Source of the DNA: Syntrophorhabdaceae bacterium
Lineage (GTDB): Bacteria > Desulfobacterota > Syntrophorhabdia > Syntrophorhabdales > Syntrophorhabdaceae
Direction of reading: 5' to 3'
Assembly: GCA_963666485.2 (NCBI GenBank)
Contig: CAXXUO010000001.1
Span: 1 to 64,000, forward strand
DNA length: 64,000 nucleotides
The stretch's first letter is position 1, and the number at the start of each line of letters is the position of its first letter. A program made the position numbers and the translations under genes. The notes below the pieces were generated by a model that saw only the letters and a program-made list of their open reading frames with translations, was not told where the DNA came from and made no database searches. This document shows positions 49,778-61,381 of the stretch, in pieces.

Positions 49778-51570
49778 AGCTTGACCCCCAGTATTTCAAA
49801 GATAGATTTGTAATCGTATCTCTTTATAAGCTCCCGGAGCCGCTGAGCAAGGCCCGCGTTATATGCCCCGGCTTCATCCGTGATCTGAAGAAGTATATCA
49901 AGCCTCGCACTTCTTGCCGCTTCCTGCATTCTCTCAACAATTTCGTGAGGCATTTCGGATACGATCATGGCTTCGGAAAGTACCTGCTCAGGCGTGTGGT
50001 CTGCATCGTTTCGCCAGGAGACCGTATTTATACTGACAAATTCCTCTATTTTCTTGCGTATTGTATCTTCGTCATACGGTTTTAAAATAAATCCGTCCAT
50101 TCCGGATTCTCGTATTTTTTCCCTGTCGCTGTCCGTTATATCACCGGTCGCGGCAAATATTACGGTGTCTTTGCCTGACTGTCCTGAGCGGATCATCCTG
50201 GCCGCTTCATACCCGTCCATCCCGGGCATGCGCAAGTCCATCATAATGATATGCGGCTTCCACTGATCGTACTGGCGCACAGCCTCCTCGCCGTTTTCAA
50301 CACAGCGGACATCAAAACCCAGGTGTTCCAGTATCTCTGTGAATACGACACAGTTCTCGTCTGCATCATCCGCCACAAGCACGCGAATCGCTTCTTCGCT
50401 GCCGCTGACGATGAGAGGCCGGTGTGATATCCTCGTTTCTACGGGCTGCGTCGGACCTTCCCTGACAGGGAGTTCAAAATGGATGCGGTCCCTGCCCTCA
50501 GTGTCACTCGTCATCTTGAACGTCCCGCCCATGCAGTGCAAGAATTCCCGGCCTAAAGCAAGGCCATATTGCATTCTTGACGTCCCTGTCCTCTCGACAA
50601 CCTTCCCCGGGGCCTGGCGTGAACTTGCCGTTTTTTTGGGCCGATCTTCCCGATCATGGCTGATCTCCCCGGTAAGCTTCAAACCTTCTTTGTCACGAAC
50701 AGTATGCATCCGCAGGTATATCGCCTCGCCCTTTCCTGTTTTAACGAAATGCTCTACCAGATTTACAATCGCGCGCATCATCCTTTCGCGGTCGGCAATA
50801 ATGACCTCGATCGCATTGCACGTTGCATCCGTTTTTATATCGGCTTGCCGTCCGCCCGTACTTTGTCCTGTCGCTCTTTCAATGTCCCGCATAAAGGTTT
50901 CGAGGGCAAAAGACGTCATATTCAGTGCGCTGCGGCCCGTTTCGATCCTGCATATGTCAACCAGGTCATCTATCAGCAGCGAGAGGTGCTTTCCGTTTCG
51001 ATGAATGGTATCCACCTTCTCGCGGTGAACTGCAGCCAATGACCCGTCTTCCCGCAAAAGTTCGCTGAAACCAATAATCGCATTGAGCGGCGTTCGGATA
51101 TCGTGCGACATATCGGACAGGAGCGCTCCTGCCCGATGAACCTGGTCGCCGGTACGGATCTCGTCAAGAAGCTTCTTGAGATAACGGTTCTCGAGATATA
51201 CCCCAACGCGTGCTGCAAGTTCTTCGCTCTGTATGGGACTTATTATACAATCTTCGGCCCCTGCCTTGAGGATCGCACCGGCTTCCCGCGGCCCTGTCAC
51301 CACAAGAAGCGGAATGTCTTTTGTCTCTTTCCCTTCTTTCAGTTTGCGGCATATTGCGAACCGGTCCTCCGGCGAAAGATTCTTATCGACAATATTGAGA
51401 AGTATGAGATCCGGCTTTATATACGGCACCGATGCAAGGCATTGCTGCCAGTTTTCCGAGATGAGAACGCTGACATTGTTATTTTCCAGGGTGTTTTTTA
51501 TGACGGCCTTGCCGCTCATGTCATCGCTGATAAGGAGAACGGTCATTTGCCCGCCTGCTGCGCCTGCCAT
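49774..51570 (-). CDS. Hybrid REC-HisKA-(degenerate HATPase)-REC protein
   Basis: SHDIRTPLN, C-terminal MDLRMPGMDG. N and G1 boxes not recognisable. ATG at 51570 follows GGAGG. Confidence 0.85.
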   Translation of the reverse strand: MAGAAGGQMTVLLISDDMSGKAVIKNTLENNNVSVLISENWQQCLASVPYIKPDLILLNIVDKNLSPEDRFAICRKLKEGKETKDIPLLVVTGPREAGAILKAGAEDCIISPIQSEELAARVGVYLENRYLKKLLDEIRTGDQVHRAGALLSDMSHDIRTPLNAIIGFSELLREDGSLAAVHREKVDTIHRNGKHLSLLIDDLVDICRIETGRSALNMTSFALETFMRDIERATGQSTGGRQADIKTDATCNAIEVIIADRERMMRAIVNLVEHFVKTGKGEAIYLRMHTVRDKEGLKLTGEISHDREDRPKKTASSRQAPGKVVERTGTSRMQYGLALGREFLHCMGGTFKMTSDTEGRDRIHFELPVREGPTQPVETRISHRPLIVSGSEEAIRVLVADDADENCVVFTEILEHLGFDVRCVENGEEAVRQYDQWKPHIIMMDLRMPGMDGYEAARMIRSGQSGKDTVIFAATGDITDSDREKIRESGMDGFILKPYDEDTIRKKIEEFVSINTVSWRNDADHTPEQVLSEAMIVSEMPHEIVERMQEAARSARLDILLQITDEAGAYNAGLAQRLRELIKRYDYKSIFEILGVKL

Positions 51571-51840
51571 GCTTTCGCCACCTCCGGCATAAGGCCGATA
51601 CATAAAAAAATAAAAAAGCGTTTCAGATTTCACCCAAAAACAGGGTCAATAATCAGATATAGCCTGCCTGAAATACGTGCATTGCATATACTTTTTTAGC
51701 AATCCTCAAGGCGGCGGTAAATATACTGTAAATACATGTATAGTACTTGTGGAAAACATGTACAAGAAAAAAGTGAGACGTGACAGATCCCCCTTCCGAA
51801 ACAAACGGAGGATCAATACGTTACAAGTGATCTGCGCTTT

Positions 51841-54714
51841 TTACCACTTATACTGAATACCCACCATTCCCGAGTGTTGTGTCGTATCGTTCGAGAAATA
51901 ACTGTCATAGTAAATGCTCAGGTATATGTTGCTCCTCGTCCTGAGGGTCAGGCCAAGCCCCGCTCCGAGCCTGTCCCGGTCCGGCCTGTCCGCCCTGACG
52001 GTGAATGCCGACACGGGATAGCCGCTGAACGATGCATTGAGGACATGGTTGTCGTTTGAGAACTCATGGTCCCAACGAAGCCTGAATTCAGGGCTCAATA
52101 TACCGGCGGTCGTCACATAATCCTTGCGCACGGTGACGCCCAGAGAGCCCAGGTACGAGGATACGGCTTCCTTGTCGGCATCGAGAGAAAGGGTTCCCGC
52201 GCCATCCTCGCTGAAGCTGTCCCTCCACAAACGCATCGCCTGGAAGGATGCGCGGGGGATGATGTCCGCATACCTCGTCGTGATCCTGTACCCCCCCTCA
52301 ACGTATCCCGAGAGCAGGTGACCATAATAGGTCGCATCCGCCGACCGGGATATTGTCCCAAAGCTCATTTCCCGGTTCGTGTCGTATTTGTTATAGACGT
52401 ATCCCGCAATGCCGTTCACGTACCAGGGGCCATTCGTCCAGATACCGTAGAGCGACCCCATGTAGCTCGCTATCTTCGCATCCTCAGCGAGGTCTTTCAT
52501 AGTGACCTTTGTGTAGGAATAACCGAGGGTCCCGCCGAGGAGCAGCGATGGCCCGATCTTCCTGTCGAAGCCGAGCATGATGCCCGTCGTATTGTAATCA
52601 TACCGCGACGAAATGTCGTTCGCCCTCCTTTCGCCAAGCCCGCCATACGTTTCCATCCAGGCACCCCACGGGAGCGGCCGGGTGCCGGTTGCCGGCGTGG
52701 CGGAACCTGCCGGGAGGTTCGCCTGTGCGTCCGTGCCGGAATCCGTCCTGCTCGCGAGCATGGGGAACCTGGCTCCGAGCATTGACGACGCTCCCCCCGG
52801 CAGGAAACCGGACATTCGTGCGGTCATCATATCCCTGTACTGGTTGAAGGACGAGAAGGTCACCGCGGGGACGCTCGTGTGGATAAGACCGCCCATTTGA
52901 TCATAAGCGCTCCGGGCCTGGTAGGCACTGAGGTTGAGCAGAGCATTGAGCACATCCCGCATATCGCCTGTCGCTACGGGATAGGCCCGCTCGAGACCAT
53001 TCGCGACCGCGCACTGGTTTTCCGTTTCACAGATACTGTCGAAACCCCTTCGGGTCAGGGTCAGATCGACGAAGGTGGGGAAATAAGACAGGTACAGGTC
53101 AAAAAAAGTGGAGTTATTGACCAGGCCTGTGAATGTCCCGGCAACCCCCCCGGCAGCGGTAAGGAACGTGTATGTATAGGGTACGTTCCTGGCAAACATG
53201 CCGGAATATACGGGTGTAATCTTGCCGCCGTTCAGGGTTGCGGTGCCCGTTATGATAAGTTTGTCGGCGCTCTTGTCATCCAGTTCTATCTCGAGGTATG
53301 ATCCGGGGTTATGGGTATAATTCCCTATTATTGTCATGGTGCCGATGGAATCGCCCGGTGCGACGGTACCATTTAACTCGTTGATCACGATGCCTTCCAG
53401 GGAACCCTTGCCCGTAATAAGGCCCTGGTTCGTCATCATGCCCGGGCCCGCTTCTTTCGTATGGTATCTGTCCTGCCACCCATCCGGGTAGACGATGAAC
53501 TCGCTGCCGTGTTTCGAACTTTTCAAAACGATCTCGCCGTCGTTGCGAAGAAGGCCGAAATTCCTGAAATAGCCCGGTTTGTTGCCGTTTATCTGGAGCT
53601 TGCCGTCATACCCGTCGTAGCCGCTATACTGGCCGCTCGTGAATTCGATCCTTCCCTGATTCATGAAAGTCCCGTTGTTCACCATGTTCGCCGTGAATTG
53701 TGTCCTGACAATAGACCCGGGATGATTGTACCAGGTCCCGTTGTTCTCAAAATATGAGCTTCGGACATAGGCGGGAACAGGGACCCCGTGATACCAGTCG
53801 AAAGACTGGAACCCTGAGCTCGTGACAGTTCCAAAGTTGTGCACGACGCTGTTATTAATGAAAAGACCGCCATGGCGGTTGAACGATTCGGTGCCGGGAC
53901 GAAACGTCATTGTGCCGTTATTGGTAAAAGTGCCGCCGGAAAGGGTCAGGCCGGTTGACCGATCTCCCTTATAAATATTTATGACCGCACCCGGGTGGTT
54001 GATAAAATATGTGGGGTCCGGCTGTTTATTTGCCCTCCGGTCGTCGTAATCAATGTTCGTGGAGTCAATATGAAAGGACCCGGAGCTTTCGATCGTGCCA
54101 AAATTATTGAAGGTCCCCCTGTAAATAGCGAGCGCGCCGTATTTGTACATGTTATTGAACATGCCATAATTGTCGAAACGAGGCGTCAGGTTGTCGCGGC
54201 CGGGTTCTTTACCCTCGCCCATCACCGTTGCGAACCAGTTATGCCAGGTGCCGTAATTAGCGGTATATCCGTAGTTGCATATTGCCCCCCGGTTGAAGAC
54301 CTGCCCGCCTTTTTCTATAATGAGGGTGCCGCTATTCATGACGATCAGGGGATTGGCCTCGACAAGATACAGGGTCTTCGGGTTTGGCTTATCGTTGTCG
54401 TAATATGTGTAATCGGTCCTAAGCTGTCCGCCCTGCCGGACATTGATGGTACCGTAATTGTATGTGGTTGAACCATTGTATTCCGATGCGGGGTCCCCGT
54501 TGCCGTGGGACCTCGTTGCTCCTGCCCCGATATCGACAACCTCGTCGGCATTAATCCGGAATAGCTTCCTGCCCAGTTGATCGGTGCTTACGTAATATCC
54601 AAGCTGCTGCGCCCCGGCGTCCGGGCACCATGCATTGATCACGGCTGCACATACTACCCACAGAGCTATAGCTGCGGCATTTCGCCGCACAATTCCCTTT
54701 CCTCTCGAATTCAT
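51841..54714 (-). CDS. Autotransporter (type Va) with beta-helical passenger
   Basis: Signal peptide, N-x-G-T rich passenger, VAPGDSIGT junction, beta-barrel ending YKW. ATG at 54714 follows AGGAGG. Confidence 0.92.
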   Translation of the reverse strand: MNSRGKGIVRRNAAAIALWVVCAAVINAWCPDAGAQQLGYYVSTDQLGRKLFRINADEVVDIGAGATRSHGNGDPASEYNGSTTYNYGTINVRQGGQLRTDYTYYDNDKPNPKTLYLVEANPLIVMNSGTLIIEKGGQVFNRGAICNYGYTANYGTWHNWFATVMGEGKEPGRDNLTPRFDNYGMFNNMYKYGALAIYRGTFNNFGTIESSGSFHIDSTNIDYDDRRANKQPDPTYFINHPGAVINIYKGDRSTGLTLSGGTFTNNGTMTFRPGTESFNRHGGLFINNSVVHNFGTVTSSGFQSFDWYHGVPVPAYVRSSYFENNGTWYNHPGSIVRTQFTANMVNNGTFMNQGRIEFTSGQYSGYDGYDGKLQINGNKPGYFRNFGLLRNDGEIVLKSSKHGSEFIVYPDGWQDRYHTKEAGPGMMTNQGLITGKGSLEGIVINELNGTVAPGDSIGTMTIIGNYTHNPGSYLEIELDDKSADKLIITGTATLNGGKITPVYSGMFARNVPYTYTFLTAAGGVAGTFTGLVNNSTFFDLYLSYFPTFVDLTLTRRGFDSICETENQCAVANGLERAYPVATGDMRDVLNALLNLSAYQARSAYDQMGGLIHTSVPAVTFSSFNQYRDMMTARMSGFLPGGASSMLGARFPMLASRTDSGTDAQANLPAGSATPATGTRPLPWGAWMETYGGLGERRANDISSRYDYNTTGIMLGFDRKIGPSLLLGGTLGYSYTKVTMKDLAEDAKIASYMGSLYGIWTNGPWYVNGIAGYVYNKYDTNREMSFGTISRSADATYYGHLLSGYVEGGYRITTRYADIIPRASFQAMRLWRDSFSEDGAGTLSLDADKEAVSSYLGSLGVTVRKDYVTTAGILSPEFRLRWDHEFSNDNHVLNASFSGYPVSAFTVRADRPDRDRLGAGLGLTLRTRSNIYLSIYYDSYFSNDTTQHSGMVGIQYKW

Positions 54715-54923
54715 TAAAAATATCCTCCTGAGCGTTGACATCATGCCTGGCCTATTTGTAACAGGAGGATGTATCATAGGTAAATACAGATAAACTCATA
54801 TTTAAATACAGACTAAATACCTATATTTTGTGGGGCAATACAAGGAATGAGAAATGCGTGTTATGTATCTTAACGGACCGAGGAAAAATAAATATGAATT
54901 ATATACAATCGAATGAGCACCAT

Positions 54924-57900
54924 TTAATGCAAACCCCGGGTTACCTTCAACCCCTCCTCAAGCGCCGTCTCAAGCTCATGAAGGGGCGGTTCGCAGTCAG
55001 CGCCTTCCCGTATCGCCATCTCCAGGTTCAAGGCCGTGCGGTGCACGTCATAGGCCGACAGGGTCGATGCGGTGCCTTTCAGGGTGTGGGCGAGCGTCCG
55101 TGCAAGCTCGCGGTCATCCTTCTCGAGGTGCGACCTGATGTCTGCCGGGACGGAGACGTTCTTCCTGAAGAAGCCGACAAGGAGCTTCCTGTAGAGGTCC
55201 TCCTTCCCCATGAGGCGGCGTATCCCCGCGTCCATGTCGATGCCGGGCAGGCGTGCCGACGCGGCAGGCGGCGGGGTGCAGGCGGGGGCGGGTCCTTCCG
55301 CCGGGCGGTTTTTCGTCCACCTTGCGAGCATGGTCACAAGGAGGTGGGGCTCGATGGGCTTCGGGATGTAGTCGTTCATCCCTGCTTCGAGGCAGGCCTC
55401 GCGGGCCCCTCCCATGGCGTGGGCGGTCATGGCGATGACGGGCGCGGTGATGTTCCTCTCCCTCAAGAGGCGGGCCGCCTCGTGGCCCCCCATGACGGGC
55501 ATCTCGATGTCCATGAGGATGACGTCGCAGGCACCCTTCAAGGCCATGTCAAGGGCTTCTTTCCCGTTGAGCGCATGGGTGACGGACGCGCCGGCCTCCT
55601 TCAGGATCTCTATCGCCACCTCGGCGTTCACCTGGTTGTCCTCGGCAAGGAGGACGCGGGTGCCGGTTAAGGCCCCCTTGATATCGGGGGCGAGGGAGCC
55701 GGCGAGGTCGATGATCGTCTCGTCCTTCCCCGGGTAGGGGAAGGCGACAGGGAAGGTGAACTCGGTGCCCTTCCCGGGTGCGCTTTTCACCGTGAGCTTT
55801 GAGCCCATGAGCTCGAGGATCTGCCGGGATATGGCAAGCCCTAAGCCCGTCCCCCCGTATTTGCGGGTGATCGAGTCGTCCGCCTGGGCGAAGGCGTCGA
55901 AGATGACGGAGAGCTGCTCGGCCGTCATGCCGATGCCCGTGTCCCTGACGGTGAACTTAAGGACGCAGGAGGCGTCGTCCCGGGATAGGACCTCCGCCTT
56001 TAAGAGGACGTAGCCCTCGGGGGTGAACTTGACCGCGTTGTTGATGATGTTCGTTAAGACCTGGGTCAAGCGGTAGGGGTCGCCCTTCACATGGGGAGGG
56101 ATACCGGGGGAGATGTCGGAGATGACCCCGATGCCCTTCTCGGATGCGAGGACGGACATGATGCCGGTCAAGCCTGTGACCATGTCGGCAAAGGCGAAGG
56201 GGACGGACTCCACCTTTAACTTGCCCGCCTCTATCTTCGCGAAGTCGAGGATGTCGTTGATGAGCTGGAGGAGGATCTTCGCGGAGAGGTGGATCCTCCC
56301 GGCGTAGCCTGACTGCTTCGTGTCGAGGGCCGTGCGGGAGATGAGCCCGGAGAAGCCTAAGATGGCGTTCATGGGGGTGCGGATCTCGTGGCTCATCTTC
56401 GCGAGGAACTCGCCCCGGGCTTTCGTGGCCGCCTCGGCCGCCTCCTTGGCGATGCGCATCTGCCCGGACCGCCTCTTCTCGGTTATGTCCTGCACCATGC
56501 CCTCGATGTAGAGGGGGGAGCCCTTTGCGTCCCTCACTGTGTGGGCGTTCATCGTGAGCTCGATCGGGGCGCCGTCTAAGCGCACGGCGGTGAACTCGAA
56601 GCCGCTGACGGTGCCCGAGGAGGAGAGCTCGTCGAGGAACAGGGTGTATTTCAAGGGGTCGGCAAAGATCTCGGCGTAGAGGTCGGGGACGGCCCGTATG
56701 AGCTCGGCGGGGGAGGCGTGCCCGAGCATCCGCGCAAGGGACGGGTTCACGAGAAGGGGCCTTCCCTGTAAGTCGGACTGGAAGATGCCCTCCGCGGCGT
56801 TCTCGACTATCGAGCTGTAGCGCTCCTCCGCCTCCTTGAGGCCCGCATAGAGCAAGGCGTTCTGGAGGGATATGGCGATCTGGGAGGAGAGGATCGTGAG
56901 CACCTCGACCCTCTCGGGGGTGAAGGCGCCTGCGACGGAGGTGTTCTCGAGGTAGAGGAGGCCCAGGGTCCTTGCCTGGCGTATGATGGGCATGCACAGG
57001 ATGGACAAGGGGTGTGTCTTTACGACGTAGGGGTCCCGCATGAAGGTGCCCTCTTGAGAGGCGTTACTTAAGATGACGGGCATCGATGTCCTGTCGGCGT
57101 AGCGGATGACGGCGGTGCAGATGTCGTGGCAGTCGTTAAGGGGGAGGTGCTCGTGAAGGGATGTGCCGTCACGTGAGCTCTTCGCCCTGACGGTGAGGCG
57201 GTTCGCTGCCTTAAGGATGAGGGCGCCCCTGTTCGCCCCTGCGTTCTCCATGACGGTCGTCATGAGGGAGCCGATGAGCTCGTCGAGGACGATCTCCTGG
57301 GAGATGGCCTGGGAGGCCTTCATGACGGAGGCGAGGTCGAACAGCATCCCCGTCGTGCCTGAAGACGACGGGGATGCGGCTTCAGCCGCATCCGCCCGAA
57401 GGGGCCTTGCGAAGGATGGCGCGGCAGGGAGAATACGGCGGTACGTCTCCTCGAGCTGCCTCACTTTGGCGGCCGCACCCCAGCGGTCATACAGGTAGCG
57501 GGCCTCGGCGAGGTAGACCGCGGCGATCTTCGGCTTGTCGAGCGACAGGTAGAACCTTCCCGCCAGCTCATTGGCCAGGGCCTCCTCGTTGATGTACCGG
57601 TTCTCGCCGGCGAGTTTGATGGCGTGGTCGAAGAGAGCCGCCGCAGCCGCGCTATGTCCGGCGAGCATTGCCAGTCCGGCCTCAATAAGGTGCACTTTGT
57701 GGGCATAATTCATCGGTCCGTGCCTGGCCCAGTTCAACAGGAATTTTTTGTTCCGCCCGATCCGCCGGAGAATCTCCCTGCGATCGCGTTCGCCCCGGGT
57801 CTCATAAATGGCGAGATTGATCAGGGAATCATAGAAATAGTAAAAACCGCAAGAGGAGCCGCCGGCCCGGCTCTCTATAAATCGAAAAGCCGTCTGCGAA

Positions 57901-60900
57901 TTCTCCCATGCCCGGTCAGCCAACCCGAACAGGTAACACAGGATCATCTTGAGGAAATAAATATCGAACAATGACCCGAAGTCATTTTTGAGTTCGTACG
58001 CCTGTATCATTTCATCCTCCCGGGATTCGCCATCGAGAAAAGTACAGGGGTCTTCCGCGGGGTTACGAAGGCTGGCGACAAATTGCCGGGAGAGCAGGAG
58101 GGCCGATACCGCCCTTTCCTGCTTGAGCACGCTTAAGCGGAGGTATGTGGTCGCTTATGAGTTTTTCGCACCGTGACAGTTCTTCGCCGCACAGAAGCAT
58201 ATTCCTTGCAAGAACAAGGACCGAGTTTCCCGCATACACAAAATTGCCATACTCGAGCCCGATGCGGTACGCCTCGCGGCAGACGGGGAATGTCACCCTG
58301 AGATTGTCGACCCTGTGAAAATAGAAAAATGCCGTTGCAAACCGCATCGTCGCTTCATCCGCCTTTGCGTCGGGGCCGGCGGCCAAGCAGATCGTACAGT
58401 CTCTCGACCTCACGGCCGAGCTCGACCTTGCCCCTGATGCCGACAAGGAACACCATGCCGAACATGCACAACAGCATCCTGCTGTATCTGCAGGACACCT
58501 TATGCCGTAAGAGCAGGCAGACGCTTTTGAAATTGAGCAGGGCGAGTATCTCCGGTGAACTGTTGAACGCGGCGTTTATCAGGCAATCGACAAGGCCCAA
58601 TGATTGCCAGAAGCCTCTCGTCTTTCAATTCGGGAAACGCGGCGATCTCTTCGGGCGTTTTCCCGTGCATTCTTGCCCGTGCTTTCGTAAAGGCCATAAC
58701 AATCTGCAGCTTTTGCGGACGGCGGGGGACATGAAAACCCAGCCCGCCCAGGACGCCAAGGCCTATGTCCAGTGCGTGCCTGAACTTAGCCTGCGAAGAG
58801 AGCGCGATTATGTTCACAATATGGAAGGGGACCTTATCGATAAGTGTCCGGGCCCTCTCGAGGATAACCCTTCCAATCCCCAGCATTTCGGCGTAATTAC
58901 CTGGACAGGTAGGCCGTCTCGGCTGCATCGGAATAGATGGCCAGGGTGAGGGTCGTACTCATTTTCCCAGGAAGCCCCCTCGAGAAGGTCGATTCCGGCC
59001 CGGAGAACTTGATACGCGAGGTCAAATGCGGTCATTTGTCTCGCCTTCTGCCCCGCCCGGTAATTGAGCCGTGCCACCCGCGCCCTTTCTTCGGCGGACG
59101 CGATGAGCGCCCTGCCTTTATTATACTGATCCAGAACCGCAAAGAGGTTTTCATCCAGTTCATCTTCGGGTATCCCGGCGAGGAGAAGACGGCCGGCCCT
59201 TAAATGCTCGGCTGAGAGCATATCCTCTCTCATCATCCCGTACGTACCCTGCTGAATGCGGTCATGCGCGAAGGAAAATGTGTCCCCTCCCCAGGCCAAA
59301 GATAAAACCTTCGCGGACCGCTTCGGCACACTCCCGTGCAATATCCCCCGGCAGGCCTTTCGGCCAGGATAGCCACCCGCGCGAGGGTCGAATGTATTGC
59401 CCGAGCATTGACGCATAACGCAGGAACGCCTGGGTCTCGCCACGAAGCTTCCTGATCTTTCCCCACCACAAGTTCCCACGACATTGCTCGTGAAGCTCCT
59501 GGCATGTATCTTGCTCAATTGTCCCAACACCATGACGATCTTCCCGCATCATAACCAAGGAGCCCTTCTTCGTTGAGCGCCTTTAAGAATTCACCCAGGA
59601 AGAAGGGGTTGCCCCCGGTCTTCTCGTGGACCAGGCCGGCAAGGGGCTCTACTTTGTCGGGTGCCTGGCGGACGATGTCTGCAATGATGTCTGCCGTATA
59701 GCTGACCTTTAAGGGCCCCACCATGATATCTTCCCGGAACTGCGCGGGTATGCTCCTCAGCATCCCCATGAACGGGTGCGTATCGTCCACCTCGTTGTCC
59801 CGGTACGCCAGGATGAGCATGAAGGCACCGTCCTCGATACCCATCATCGTTTCGATAAGGTTGAGAGATGGAAGGTCCGCCCACTGCAGGTCGTCCAGGA
59901 ACAGGACCAGGGGACGCTCGCGGGTACAGAAAAGTGCCGCGAAATTATAAAAAAGCACCCTGAAACGGTTCCGGGATTCCTCCGGTTTTAACGTAATGGC
60001 GGGGGGTTGGGGGCCGATGATAAGCTCAAGTTCAGGGATGAGATCGATGAGGACCCGGCCGTTTGGCCCCGCAATGTCCAGGATCTTGTGACGCCACTCT
60101 TTAATGTTTTCGTCGCGTTCGGGCAAAAGCTGATGGACCAGTTCCCGGAGGGCCCCGATGATCCCGCTGTAAGGCACGCTGCGGGCAAACTGGTCGAATT
60201 TTGAGGATATGAAATACGCGTGCCGCTCGATGACAAAGCCTTGAAGCTCGTTTACAAGGGCCGTCTTGCCAATCCCCGGGGGGCCGGAAACAAGCACCAT
60301 TTTTCTTGAACCCGATGCTGCCCGGTCATAACATGAGGCTAACCTCCGGACCTCTGCGTCGCGGCCGTAAAGTTTTGACGGCAGCAGAAATCTATCGGGA
60401 ACATCTTTCAGGGCGACCGGAAAGGGCTCTATCATTCCGGTGCCTTCCAATTCCGCAAGGCACCGCTCGAGATCGGCCCTGACACCGGCGGCACTCTGGT
60501 AACGTTCGCCCGCCTCCTTCGACAGGAGCTTCATGATGATCGAAGAGATAGCCTGCGGGATCCCGGGCCTTATTTCGCCGGGAGGAACGGGCTCCCGGGC
60601 TATATGCGCGTGCACAATTTCAAGGGGCGTGGCGCTTTCAAAGGGCAGCCTGCCTGCAAGCATTTCATACAGGGTTACGCCCAAAGAGTAAAGGTCTGTC
60701 CGCCAGTCTGCTCCGCGGTTCATACGGCCTGTCTGCTCGGGAGATATATAGGCGAGCAGGCCTCGTTCATGGTCATTACCGCCTGGAATGACACCATTCT
60801 TCGCCAATGGTACTGCAATACCGAGATCGATCAGGTAAGCCCGATCGCATTTGGGGTCATAAAGATAACGGGAAGGATTAATATCCCTGTGAGCGATACC

Positions 60901-61269
60901 GGCATTGTGGACGTGATGCAAGGTGCCGGCCATGCCGGCGGCTACCGACAGGAACGATCTGAGCGACAGGTGATGTTTCCGGATATGATGTTCTAACGAT
61001 CCGCCTCCCGCATCTTCGAACATGATGAACAGGAGGTTGCCATGCTCTTTGAGCGCCAGTGCCCTGGCTATCCCGTCAATTCCCGTGAGGCGGCAAAATG
61101 TTTGATATTCTCGTCTGAACCGATCTATCTCCCCGGTTTTCGGATACTGCCGGTTCAAGAATTTGATGAGGACCGGGTCGCCGCCCGAGTCTTCTGCGGC
61201 GCGCACGACCAGCGAGCGATCGCTTTCATGGAGTAGTTCCTTTATCTCGAAACCAGGCACAAAATACAT
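54924..61269 (-). pseudogene. Giant Ser/Thr kinase-AAA-TPR-GAF-PAS-HisKA-HATPase-REC-HPt hybrid sensor, multiply frameshifted between ~58130 and ~59530 (pseudogene or sequence error)
   Basis: 59515-61269: HRDINP, YISPEQTGR, GPPGIGKT, LDDLQWAD, GGNPFF. Middle fragments: FAHDRIQ, KFRHAL. 54924-58130: GAF, PAS, SHEIRTPMN, GGTGLGL, MDIEMP, AHTLKG. Confidence 0.8.
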
Positions 61270-61381
61270 AATTCATTCGGATGTCGGACTAGCTTTATTC
61301 TCTCGCCAAACGTGGCCCGCCGGGGACTTTAGGGCAATGGCGCGCCCGCCAGGGTCCCCGGCATATGTCCCTTGAAACATG

